Shown here piece by piece: positions 7,361 through 15,756 of a stretch of 32,000 nucleotides of DNA. Position numbers and translations under genes: made by a program. How positions within the stretch are numbered: position 1 is the stretch's first letter; every line of letters starts with the position of its first letter. The DNA lies in NCBI RefSeq assembly GCF_003231495.1, contig NZ_PQWO01000001.1:330001-362000 (forward strand), given 5' to 3'. The stretch comes from Acaryochloris thomasi RCC1774 (GTDB lineage: Bacteria > Cyanobacteriota > Cyanobacteriia > Thermosynechococcales > Thermosynechococcaceae). The notes beneath the pieces were generated by a model. It did not search any database. It saw only the letters and a list, made by a program, of their open reading frames with translations, and was not told the origin of the DNA.

Positions 7361-8617
7361 TTACTTTTGAGCTGTAACTCGCAACCCAGCGCGGGTCGTC
7401 AGCGTCAACTGATTTGGATCGATGACAATGACCGAGTTGTTGGCCGTACTAGGCGATTGAGTGCCCAAAGCATTCTGAAGAACATTGCCGACACTGACTG
7501 GACGCCCTAAAGCTGATTCCACAGCCGTTCGAGCCGCAGCGCTGGTGACCGCTGTTCGCAGATCAGTGGACTTTAACTCAGTTTCATTGACGGCAACTTG
7601 AGGATTAGAAGTCGCGTTCAGCGGATAGGACTTGTTGCCTACCATCAGTTTATCGGCGACAAACTGGGTTGCAGGAGTCGTGCCATTAATGTTCTGTGGC
7701 ACAAACCGACCCATGATTCGACTGTCGGCTGGGATCAAGACCCGACCGTTGGCATTGGTGATATCTTGCGCCACCAATAAAGAGGTTTCATAGGTTTCGC
7801 CAGGAGCCACCACAATCTTGGTGCCTGCATTACCGGGGTACTTGAGCGCAATATCTGTCCCTTGAGCTACTAGCAAACCTGCGGGCTGATTGGCCGCTGG
7901 CTTTTCGGGTTGAGCCGCAGCCTGCGAGGGAGCCGTGGCCTGTACGATATAGTTCGCCGTTTTACTGCCTGCCGCAATCGGCTGCAGTTGCCCCTGCTTC
8001 ACCAGTGCCTGATAGACAAAGGCCGCCACATCGGCTCGCGTTGCCGACTGATTGGGGTTGAGGTATTTGACGTTTGGGTGGTTAACCACTAATCCCTTGG
8101 CCGTCGCCGCACTAATGCCCTGATTGGCATAGTCAGGAATATCTGCGGCATCTTGATACATGCCCAACATCTTATCCGTATTGGCGGGTGACTCTAGCTC
8201 TAAACCACTGGAAAGAGAAACGAGGGCTTGAACGCGGGGAATGCGCTGCGTCGGCTCAAACTTGCCGCCCGGATAGCCACTCATGAAGCCGGTGGTGTAG
8301 GCTTTCCTGACAGCTGGTGCGGCCCAGAAGTCGGACGGCACGTCATTAAAGGCTGTGTACCGGCGGACAGCCTTTTGATCAAAGGCTTGGCGGACAATGG
8401 CTGCGAACTGCGCGCGCGTCACAGGTTCGTTGGGCTTAAAGCTGCCGTCAGGAAACCCCTTAATAATATCTTTGGAGGCCAGCTCCTCAATAAAGGGTCT
8501 CGCCCAGTAGCTGAAGTTCACATCAGAAAAAGATGCGTCTTGAGCCGATGCGGGTGTTGCGATCGCAACTAAAGCTCCTCCCACAAGTGCTGCAGATCGT
8601 CGAAACAAAGAACTCAT
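7361..8617 (-). CDS. Secreted protein with three tandem S-layer homology (SLH) domains and an uncharacterised C-terminal module of about 170 aa
   Basis: 418-aa ORF with AGGAG 6-7 nt upstream of the ATG. Signal peptide ...AIATPASAQD. SLH repeats: FSDVNFSYWARPFIEELASKDIIKGFPDGSFKPNEPVTRAQFA; FNDVPSDFWAAPAVRKAYTTGFMSGYPGGKFEP; and DIPDYANQGISAATAKGLV...SATRADVAAFVYQAL. Confidence 0.8.
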   Translation of the reverse strand: MSSLFRRSAALVGGALVAIATPASAQDASFSDVNFSYWARPFIEELASKDIIKGFPDGSFKPNEPVTRAQFAAIVRQAFDQKAVRRYTAFNDVPSDFWAAPAVRKAYTTGFMSGYPGGKFEPTQRIPRVQALVSLSSGLELESPANTDKMLGMYQDAADIPDYANQGISAATAKGLVVNHPNVKYLNPNQSATRADVAAFVYQALVKQGQLQPIAAGSKTANYIVQATAPSQAAAQPEKPAANQPAGLLVAQGTDIALKYPGNAGTKIVVAPGETYETSLLVAQDITNANGRVLIPADSRIMGRFVPQNINGTTPATQFVADKLMVGNKSYPLNATSNPQVAVNETELKSTDLRTAVTSAAARTAVESALGRPVSVGNVLQNALGTQSPSTANNSVIVIDPNQLTLTTRAGLRVTAQK

Positions 8618-8849
8618 AAAATCTCCTAAAAGTCATAGCAGGCACATCAAGAGCACTGAAATTCGTCTACAGAATCGGCGAACAGCAACCATACCCCTAT
8701 GGCTGATTAAGCTTGATTCGAGTGCGCTCTTAATGGAACGTCGGATATTAACGTTCCTGCATCCTCTTAAGTCTGATTAATTTGAACCCAGAATGCGTCT
8801 CCCCTGAGGTAGAACCCTCAAATTTCATCTCTCAATCGCTCGATAGAGA

Positions 8850-9905
8850 TCAGGGCGCAGGCGGTGGTATCGCCCCTTCCTGAAGACGATTGACCTCTGT
8901 TAGGGTTGCCTCAGGATCGCGCTGGACAGCTCGCTGGATATAGTTAAGCTTCATTTCCTCTAACAGATCAGACAACAGTGCCTGAAGCTCTTGCTGCGTC
9001 GCCTTCTCCTGCAGACTGCGGCGCAGGGCCTGCTTAAAATCTTCTGAAAGCTCCTCAAAGACGACACGGTTACGCGGATCAGAGTAGGACGACACCAGTA
9101 CTTCATAGGTTGACTGGGCCAGGTAGTCTGAGAGTTGCTCAATGGCCCCTGCAGGCAGCACATTCATCCCCGGGATGCCCTTGAGGCCCTGATAGACATC
9201 GCTACGCTTGAAGGTGTTTTCTAAACTCTGACGCAGCAGTGCCTCCAAGTTGGGCTGCACCTGAGGAATCACTTGATAGATCGTCAGCGACAGCAGGCGA
9301 TCCACGAGGCGATCTAGCGTGTTGGAGTCCCCCACTTGGATATAGTTGTCCGTATTGAGCAATAGCTGAGCCGCTTCGCCTCGCTCCACCGACTCTTGAG
9401 TCTGATTGACGAGCCGCACCAGCATAAACATGGAAACGCGGTCCGCAAGATAGGCCGTGGGTTCATGCGTGAGTTGCGCCAGAGGGCGTTCAAGATTGAT
9501 CAACCCCGACCGATGTACCTGCATCAGCATCGGTACCATTCGCATCCACTGCCAGAAGGGCAGCAGCAGCAGCAGCTCATAGGATCGTCTCAGCATCGCG
9601 CTTCCCCAAGAAATGCGGGGGTGGCGACGGCTGAGGGCAAGGGTCCGAACCAAAAAGGCAAGGCCAAAAAAGGCGGCAAAATACTGGTCAATTTGCCAAA
9701 ACGACTGCACCTGATCGTAACGGAGGGCAATGGCAGGCAAGAATCGGAAGTAGAGAGGCCGTAGCGCCTGATAGCTGGCCTGAAACAGCACTAGAGCAAC
9801 ATTAACAACCATCACCAGGGCGACGCCTCTCGCTCCCATCGTTACGGCCCAGGACGATGGACGCGGCTTAGCAGTGGGTGTGACGGTCTGAGCCATAGGT
9901 CTCAC
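8850..9905 (-). CDS. Hypothetical membrane protein (about 3 N-terminal TM helices plus a long helical, acidic C-terminal domain)
   Basis: 351-aa ORF starting at GTG 9905, with an alternative ATG at 9896. Hydrophobic segments: GVALVMVVNVALVLF, YFAAFFGLAFLVRTLAL and YELLLLLPFWQWMRMVPML. No K+-channel selectivity-filter motif is seen and no family is recognised. Confidence 0.55.
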   Translation of the reverse strand: MRPMAQTVTPTAKPRPSSWAVTMGARGVALVMVVNVALVLFQASYQALRPLYFRFLPAIALRYDQVQSFWQIDQYFAAFFGLAFLVRTLALSRRHPRISWGSAMLRRSYELLLLLPFWQWMRMVPMLMQVHRSGLINLERPLAQLTHEPTAYLADRVSMFMLVRLVNQTQESVERGEAAQLLLNTDNYIQVGDSNTLDRLVDRLLSLTIYQVIPQVQPNLEALLRQSLENTFKRSDVYQGLKGIPGMNVLPAGAIEQLSDYLAQSTYEVLVSSYSDPRNRVVFEELSEDFKQALRRSLQEKATQQELQALLSDLLEEMKLNYIQRAVQRDPEATLTEVNRLQEGAIPPPAP

Positions 9906-10206
9906 ACAGAGTACAGCAAAGGGAGCAGCAAGAAGCTCTGCTCCCCATCGGAATGTTCTATTAACTTACCCTACCGGCTAAGGCCATCAGTCTCATCAGA
10001 GAAGGTAAACGCCAGCGATAGGAATTAGAACTGTCTTAAATTCATCAACGTTTCAGCTATTAGCACTAGTCATTAAACTTAATCCCTGAGGCGGGCACAT
10101 CTAACGCAGTGTGGACATCAGAGATTGCCCACCTCAACCCAGAGATATAGGGGTACGCGCATTGATTAGGACATTGAAACGGTTGCAAGCTATGTCTGCT
10201 AAAGAA

Positions 10207-10303
10207 AGGCTGTCTTAACTCAGCCGAATACTGCTATGGAGCGGTACGCCTAGGACAGTACTCGGCTGCACACCATGTTCACCGGCAACAGGCTGTCCTA
10301 ACT
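10207..10303. other. Structured intergenic element: a 13-bp-arm hairpin bracketed by 14-nt direct repeats
   Basis: Direct repeat aggctgtcttaact (10207-10220). Hairpin arms cagccgaatactg (10221-10233) and cagtactcggctg (10256-10268), with 12/13 positions pairing and a 22-nt loop. Second direct-repeat copy aggctgtcctaact (10290-10303), 13/14 identical. Function unknown. Confidence 0.45.
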
Positions 10304-10422
10304 TAACCAGGTCTCGCTGTGTAGCGACACATGCATGAGGCCTCTGAATGAAGTCTGTCAATGGAGACGCCAAGAGAACGACATAACATCACTTCTGACT
10401 CAGCCAAATGCGGCAATCGAGA

Positions 10423-11508
10423 TTAAACTTGCTGACTGGGTAGCGACACCGTAAACGTACTGCCCTCACCCACTTGAGACTGAACGCTGACGGTCCCATG
10501 ATGGAGAGCAACAATCCGGTGTACAAGATGCAGCCCTAGACCACTCCCCCCTTTGACGTGCGCTCCCTGACGGAACCATTCAAAAACAACGTGCTGCATC
10601 TCGGGCTCTATTCCAGCACCTGTATCTTGCACCTGCAGAACGACCCTTCTCTGTGGGGTAGTCTCACAATCTAGGTGCAGGGCAACGGAACCCTTTTGCG
10701 TAAACTTGATCGCATTGCCAACGAGATTAGTGATCACGCGACGCAGTTCCATACAGTCCCCCTGGATGCAGAAATCATCTTCGTCAGCCTGGATCGCAAG
10801 GGTTAACTGCTTTTCATCAGCTAATGCCTGCAGCGTTTGCATCACCTCTTGGCACAGCTCATATAAATTCACCTGACTCAGGGTTAACTGCTTACGACCT
10901 GCTTCGTGGCGATAGACCTCTAGCAGCGTGTTCACCATCTGCAAAAGGTTGTCATTGCTGTCAACAATATTGCTCAGGGCGGGGCTAATGTCGGCGAGTG
11001 ACTGGCCGAAGCTGCCCTTGAGACAAAACTGCAGCATTCGGTTCGCGGCAATCAGAGGGGTTCGCAGATCGTGGGTCATACGGGCAACAAAATCATCCCG
11101 CTGGCGCAGCATTTTCTGCTGTTCGTCAATACTATACTTAAGACGCAGTAAGGCCCGAATCCGAGCCATCAGCTCACCGATCTGAAAGGGCTTACGAATG
11201 AAATCGTCGGCTCCGGCATCCAATCCGGTGACGACGCTCGATTGTTCATGAGCCGTCAGCAACAAAATGGGAATGAAGGGCAGTTGCTCATTACTGCGGA
11301 TTCTCTGAGCCACTTCGTATCCATCTATGCCCGGCATCATCACGTCTAACAGAATCAAGTCGGGCGGCGAATGATGGATAAACTCCAGCGCTTTTAAACC
11401 ATTTTCGACACAGGTTAACTCATATTCATCAAGGTCTTCGAGTAAGGTTTCCAGCAGCAGTAGATTATCGGGAGAATCGTCAACGGCCAAGATTCGGGCA
11501 GGGAGCAT
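10423..11508 (-). CDS. Hybrid histidine kinase, REC-HisKA-HATPase_c, no sensor or TM domain
   Basis: 361-aa ORF. Receiver: [35 protein letters not shown]-box [14 protein letters not shown]-box [13 protein letters not shown]1 VQDTGAGI, G2 GGSGLGLHL. It starts 20 nt after the upstream kinase gene. Confidence 0.87.
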   Translation of the reverse strand: MLPARILAVDDSPDNLLLLETLLEDLDEYELTCVENGLKALEFIHHSPPDLILLDVMMPGIDGYEVAQRIRSNEQLPFIPILLLTAHEQSSVVTGLDAGADDFIRKPFQIGELMARIRALLRLKYSIDEQQKMLRQRDDFVARMTHDLRTPLIAANRMLQFCLKGSFGQSLADISPALSNIVDSNDNLLQMVNTLLEVYRHEAGRKQLTLSQVNLYELCQEVMQTLQALADEKQLTLAIQADEDDFCIQGDCMELRRVITNLVGNAIKFTQKGSVALHLDCETTPQRRVVLQVQDTGAGIEPEMQHVVFEWFRQGAHVKGGSGLGLHLVHRIVALHHGTVSVQSQVGEGSTFTVSLPSQQV

Positions 11509-11528
11509 AGCAATTTATCAAATAAGCA

Positions 11529-12809
11529 TCATATAAAAGATGAAGGAATTGCCGATACGGCAGCTTCCTTGAAGTCTTGATCAGTGGCGAGATCAAGATA
11601 GCGGGGCAAAATCACGAGAAAGGTAGAGCCAGATCCTAATGTGCTCTCAACCTGAATCTCTCCCTGCAGTAACTCGACTAACGACCGGGTAATCGCCAAC
11701 CCTAAACCGGTACCGGCTTGCTGGCGAGTGGTGGTCTGGTCGACCTGACAGAAGGCTTCAAAGATATGATCGCGGTGCTGGGGCGCAATACCAATGCCCG
11801 TATCTTGAATTGCGATCGCAACTCGATCCTCAGTCTCTTCCGAGAGTTGGACCTCAATTTGACCGGATTCAGTAAACTTGATGGCGTTCGAAACCAAATT
11901 TACCAGAATTTGCCTTAAGCGATCGGCATCAGTCTCTATTTTTTTATCCTCAAGCTGAATCTTAGTGATCAGCTTTAGATGCTTCTGATCGGCCAAGGAA
12001 CGCAGTTCTTCTGTCGTCGCTAGCACCAGCTTTGCCACGTTTACCGGCGCAGACATGACCTCAGATCGGCCAGACTCAAGTTTTGAAAAATCTAAAAGCT
12101 TATTGAGCAGCCCCAGCAAATTGCTGCTGTTGTCAAAGATACGCTGCGCCATGCTGTGCTGCGAGTCTGTTAGTTTTCCCTTGTTCCCCTGCATCAGGAT
12201 TTGCGAGAACCCCATGATCGCATTCATCGGCGTCCGAATCTCATGGGACATGGTGGCTAAAAACTGCGACTTAAGCTGAGACGCCTTCATCAACTGTAGG
12301 TTTTGTGAATGAATCTGCTGGCGCTGCTGCTCAAGCTGCCTCGTCTTAACCTTCAGGCGCTCGTTTGTTTCCCGCAGTAGCCGGTTCGTCTGTACGACCT
12401 GAATCTCAGCTTCATAGAGCCGGATCGCCCCCTGGATAATTTTAGAGAGCTGCGTGGGTGAAACCTTTGCCTTCGCGAGATAGTCCGAAGCTCCCGCCTT
12501 CATCACCTCCACTGCAACCTGCTCATCTCCCTGCCCTGTTAACACAACAATCGGCAGGTTTTGACCTTCCTTGCGCAAAGTCTGAATCAGTGAGAGTGCG
12601 TTGCCATCTGGCAGCAGATAGTCCAGCAGCATGCAGTGAAAGGTCTGCTGCTCTAACGCTTCGGTCGCACTAGAACAGTCGCAGGCTTCGGTGATGCGAA
12701 AAGGGAAGTCAGCATTCTTCAGCGCCCGTCGCACAGCCATGCGATCAACGTCGTCATCGTCAACAATTAATAGATTTAAATGCGTTTCTAAAGACACTGC
12801 TGACCACAA
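11529..12809 (-). CDS. Hybrid histidine kinase, REC-coiled coil-HisKA-HATPase_c, no sensor or TM domain
   Basis: 426-aa ORF with TTG start at 12809 (alternative GTG at 12797), 2 nt after the upstream stop. Receiver: IVDDDDVD, CMLLDYLLPDG, IVVLTGQ, DYLAKAK. Heptad-like linker: RLLRETNERLKVKTRQLEQQRQQIHSQNLQL. H-box FLATMSHEIRTPMNAI, N-box LVNLVSNAIKFT, G1 IQDTGIGI, G2 GTGLGLAI. Confidence 0.87.
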   Translation of the reverse strand: MWSAVSLETHLNLLIVDDDDVDRMAVRRALKNADFPFRITEACDCSSATEALEQQTFHCMLLDYLLPDGNALSLIQTLRKEGQNLPIVVLTGQGDEQVAVEVMKAGASDYLAKAKVSPTQLSKIIQGAIRLYEAEIQVVQTNRLLRETNERLKVKTRQLEQQRQQIHSQNLQLMKASQLKSQFLATMSHEIRTPMNAIMGFSQILMQGNKGKLTDSQHSMAQRIFDNSSNLLGLLNKLLDFSKLESGRSEVMSAPVNVAKLVLATTEELRSLADQKHLKLITKIQLEDKKIETDADRLRQILVNLVSNAIKFTESGQIEVQLSEETEDRVAIAIQDTGIGIAPQHRDHIFEAFCQVDQTTTRQQAGTGLGLAITRSLVELLQGEIQVESTLGSGSTFLVILPRYLDLATDQDFKEAAVSAIPSSFI

Positions 12810-12811
12810 AC

Positions 12812-13243
12812 CTACGGCATTTCACAAAGAGTCCAAAACTTATTCAATGCAGCCATAACCTCGACAAAGTTACTAAAGGTAACGGGCTTGAGAATGTAAC
12901 CGGCAACATTGAGGCGATAGGCTTCCACACGATCTCGATCATCATCAGACGTCGTGAGAACAATCACAGGTGTCATCTGAAGCTCAGGATCAGCACGCAG
13001 CTCCTGCAGAAATTCAATACCATTCATTTTTGGCATATTGAGGTCCAGCAGCACCAAACGCCGATGACCTGGGACCACGGGAGGCTGCCCCTCTTCCCCC
13101 CGCAGCATCTGCAAGGCTTCTAGACCGTTTTCCGCAACGCAGAGAGGATTGGTGATGTTGTTTTTCTTAAATGCTCGTTGAACATTCATGACATCAACAG
13201 CATCATCCTCAACCAGCAGCAGATTGACGGTTTTATCTTCCAT
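12812..13243 (-). CDS. Single-domain response regulator (Rcp1-like CheY-type receiver), first gene of a three-gene operon
   Basis: 143-aa ORF. LLLVEDDAVD, phospho-acceptor context LVLLDLNMPKMNG, VIVLTTS, GYILKP. The C-terminal FxxVxxxLxxFW tail is typical of Rcp-type receivers (recall). Confidence 0.85.
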   Translation of the reverse strand: MEDKTVNLLLVEDDAVDVMNVQRAFKKNNITNPLCVAENGLEALQMLRGEEGQPPVVPGHRRLVLLDLNMPKMNGIEFLQELRADPELQMTPVIVLTTSDDDRDRVEAYRLNVAGYILKPVTFSNFVEVMAALNKFWTLCEMP

Positions 13244-13386
13244 GCTCTTCTCTAAATTCCCAAGGTAATCGCCAAGCTTTCAATTGGCATGCCTTATATT
13301 AGCGGGTGTCTACGCGAAACAGCTCTACCGTTTGGTAGAAACTAAAAGCGACTCGCCTTGGCTGTTAACAGTCTGAAATTACGACC

Positions 13387-13402
13387 CATTGCTTAAGCAA
13401 TG
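13387..13402. promoter_or_regulatory. Perfect 16-bp palindrome in the divergent region between the RR/kinase operon and the thioredoxin gene (candidate operator)
   Basis: cattgcttaagcaatg is its own reverse complement. It lies 144 nt upstream of the response-regulator ATG (13243). A binding role is not demonstrated. Confidence 0.25.
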
Positions 13403-13549
13403 TTGAAGTCATCTAAGCTAATTTTTAGGCGCTTGGCACAGCTTTTGGATGATCTCTCAATGACCTATCACCGCGAGACGGCAGCCGTCAAACAACGATT
13501 TGAGAGCTATTTCAGCCATAGAGAAGATGAGTGCTGGCGAAAAGGGTAG
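13400..13549 (+). CDS. Possible 49-aa small ORF (below the ORF-track cutoff)
   Basis: My own translation: MLKSSKLIFRRLAQLLDDLSMTYHRETAAVKQRFESYFSHREDECWRKG, stop TAG 13547-13549. No convincing Shine-Dalgarno. The ATG sits inside the palindrome arm. Weak support only. Confidence 0.15.
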   Translation: MLKSSKLIFRRLAQLLDDLSMTYHRETAAVKQRFESYFSHREDECWRKG

Positions 13550-13623
13550 GGGTGCGATCGCAACCCCAGACTTTCAAACAACGCAGTTCTACAATAGAGA
13601 CCTGTCCTTCATCCCCTTAGCCC

Positions 13624-13959
13624 ATGAACACAGCACCAGAAACTCGAGTTCCAGAGATTCAAGATAGCGACTTCGAAGCACTGCTAAACAGCAACACTCT
13701 CGTCCTCGTTGACTTTATGGTTTCGTGGTGTGGTCCCTGCCGAAAAGTCAGTCGCTTCATGGAAAAACTGGCAGAGACCTTCGATGGGAAAATCACGATC
13801 GTTAAAATAGATACCGAAAAGAATCGAGAAATCCCGCAGCAGTTTGAGGTTTCTCGTCTGCCGGAGGTTCTTCTGTTCAAGAATGGAGAGCTAGTCGAGC
13901 GCATTCTCGGTGCCAAGCCCCAAAGCACATTTGCAGAGGCCGTGACCAAGCATCTGTAA
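13624..13959 (+). CDS. Thioredoxin
   Basis: 111-aa ORF with the canonical active site WCGPC (VLVDFMVSWCGPCRKV) and the thioredoxin-fold C-terminal pattern (LPEVLLFKNGELVERILGAKP). Confidence 0.88.
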   Translation: MNTAPETRVPEIQDSDFEALLNSNTLVLVDFMVSWCGPCRKVSRFMEKLAETFDGKITIVKIDTEKNREIPQQFEVSRLPEVLLFKNGELVERILGAKPQSTFAEAVTKHL

Positions 13960-14087
13960 TGTCGTGAATTTAGCTAAAATAATTCGGATTTAGTGTTCTG
14001 ATCCGATCAGAAAAAGTTCTTGCTGAAGCTTCTTTGCCCAGTGCAGGAGCTTCAGTCGCGCGTGGTGTACTGCTAGGAGATAAACAG

Positions 14088-14525
14088 ATGGGGTTGAGCA
14101 ACAGCATTCAAGATCGAGAGACCCAGGCCAAAATCGCAGAAGAGTGTGCCCAGCTCATGGACGAACAAGTTGCGACCAAGAAGGGCATCTCAGGTCTAGC
14201 CATAAAAACCGCCTATCGCGCCCTCAAAGGTCTTGGCCCTGGCTACGTTCCCAGAGCACTGCAGGGCTTGTTACCACCTGCCTTGAGAGCCGTCGAACCC
14301 ATGTGGGATGAGGGCCTTCGCGCAGGGGATCCGGTGGAGCACCTCAGCCAGAATCGTGAGCAAACAGCAGAGGTTCTGCTCGGGGTGACGGATACAAAAA
14401 TCAGCAAGGCGCAAAACAAAATCGTGATCGCGGCCTATAAAAAGGTCCGCAAGTCAGTAAAGGGCGACGTGGAAGAGGCCGTGCCAGGGCTGGCTAAGAT
14501 TATCAACAATCACACCAATAATTAA
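14088..14525 (+). CDS. Conserved hypothetical protein
   Basis: The ORF is open from 14034. I prefer ATG 14088 because AGGAGA lies 7 nt upstream. 145 aa, soluble and helical (GISGLAIKTAYRALKGLGPGYVPRAL...). No family named with confidence. Confidence 0.5.
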   Translation: MGLSNSIQDRETQAKIAEECAQLMDEQVATKKGISGLAIKTAYRALKGLGPGYVPRALQGLLPPALRAVEPMWDEGLRAGDPVEHLSQNREQTAEVLLGVTDTKISKAQNKIVIAAYKKVRKSVKGDVEEAVPGLAKIINNHTNN

Positions 14526-14541
14526 ACGCCTAGCACGAGAG

Positions 14542-15651
14542 CTACCTCAATAAAGACATTTGCTGTTCTGGGGGTTGATACCCTAAATGCTTCCAAGCAG
14601 CAGGTGTAGCCACGCGCCCACGAGGCGTCCGGTTGAGATAGCCAATCTGTAATAGATAGGGTTCGTAGACCTCTTCAATCGTTTGGGAATCTTCGCCCGT
14701 GGCGGCGGCTATTGCATCCACGCCAACCGGTCCCCCGTTGTAATGCTCAATCATCACCGTCAATAATCGTCGGTCGGTCCAGTCCAGACCACAGGGATCA
14801 ACATTGAATAGCTCCAGCGCTTCAGTTGCAACCTGTGGGTCAATAATGAGTTTTTTCTTGACCTCTGCATAGTCCCGGACTCGCTTCAGCAATCGATTGG
14901 CAATGCGCGGCGTTCCCCTGGCGCGGCGGGCAATTTCTAACGCCGCCTGGTCCGTCACCTGTGTTTTCAGAATATCGGCAGTTCGCAATACAATTTGACT
15001 CAGCTCATCGGGTTCATAAAAGCGTAATCGCTGGACAAAACCGAAGCGATCGCGCAGGGGGGAACTGAGTGCCCCCACCCGCGTTGTGGCCCCCACCAGC
15101 GTAAAGGGCGGCAGCGGCAGACTCCGAATCCGGGCTGATTGCCCCTTGCCAATCGTGATATCTAACCGAAAATCCTCCATCGCTGGATACAGCAGCTCCT
15201 CTGTCATCCGCGAGAGACGATGGATTTCATCGATAAACAGAATATCGCCCGCCTGCAGATTGACGAGTAAACCGACAATGTCGCGGGGACGTTCTAAGGC
15301 AGGGGCGCTGGTTACCTTACAGGTCACTCCCATTTCCGAGGCCAAAATGAGTGCGATCGTCGTTTTACCTAAGCCAGGTGGACCGTAGAGTAATAGATGA
15401 TCTAAGGCTTCTTTTCGAGATTGAGAAGCTTGAATCGCAATTTTGAGTACATCTTTGAGTTCCTGCTGTCCCAAGTACTCTCCGAGCTGCTGAGGTCGAA
15501 GCTTTTCATCCTGCTTGACCTGGCGCTCTGCGGGATCTGCTTCCGGTTGCAGAATCGGTGCATCTACAGCAGATGCTTTCGGCTCCTTGACTTGCGATCG
15601 CTTCGGCGACTTATCCGGCTGGGAAGATTGTTTGGAAGAGACAATAGCCAT
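14542..15651 (-). CDS. ruvB: Holliday junction branch-migration ATPase RuvB
   Basis: 369-aa [19 protein letters not shown], Walker [10 protein letters not shown], Walker [11 protein letters not shown], sensor region TLVGATTR and C-terminal winged helix ([17 protein letters not shown]). A low-complexity N-terminal extension of about 50 aa is present. Confidence 0.95.
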   Translation of the reverse strand: MAIVSSKQSSQPDKSPKRSQVKEPKASAVDAPILQPEADPAERQVKQDEKLRPQQLGEYLGQQELKDVLKIAIQASQSRKEALDHLLLYGPPGLGKTTIALILASEMGVTCKVTSAPALERPRDIVGLLVNLQAGDILFIDEIHRLSRMTEELLYPAMEDFRLDITIGKGQSARIRSLPLPPFTLVGATTRVGALSSPLRDRFGFVQRLRFYEPDELSQIVLRTADILKTQVTDQAALEIARRARGTPRIANRLLKRVRDYAEVKKKLIIDPQVATEALELFNVDPCGLDWTDRRLLTVMIEHYNGGPVGVDAIAAATGEDSQTIEEVYEPYLLQIGYLNRTPRGRVATPAAWKHLGYQPPEQQMSLLR

Positions 15652-15756
15652 AATGGCCCCATCATAGCGGGCATTTGTCAGAGCGAAAATTTTCCCCTTG
15701 GGTAATCGCTATGATACAGGTGTTCTCTCTATGACTGAGATCAACATAGACTCAAG

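Noticed and set aside
9561-9575. (CAG)5 microsatellite-like run.
   Set aside because: On the minus strand it simply encodes the LLLLL stretch of a predicted transmembrane helix (YELLLLLPFW). There is no evidence of length instability from a single sequence.
10207-10303. Interpretation of the hairpin plus direct repeats as a MITE with a target-site duplication.
   Set aside because: The second direct repeat lies 21 nt away from the right hairpin arm instead of abutting it. The arms are only 13 nt. No second copy exists in this window. Copy number in the genome cannot be checked here.
12812-13243. Expectation of a phytochrome or GAF sensor kinase next to the Rcp-type response regulator.
   Set aside because: Neither downstream kinase has sequence length or motifs for GAF, PHY or PAS domains. 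Upstream is a 380-nt intergenic region followed by a divergent thioredoxin gene.
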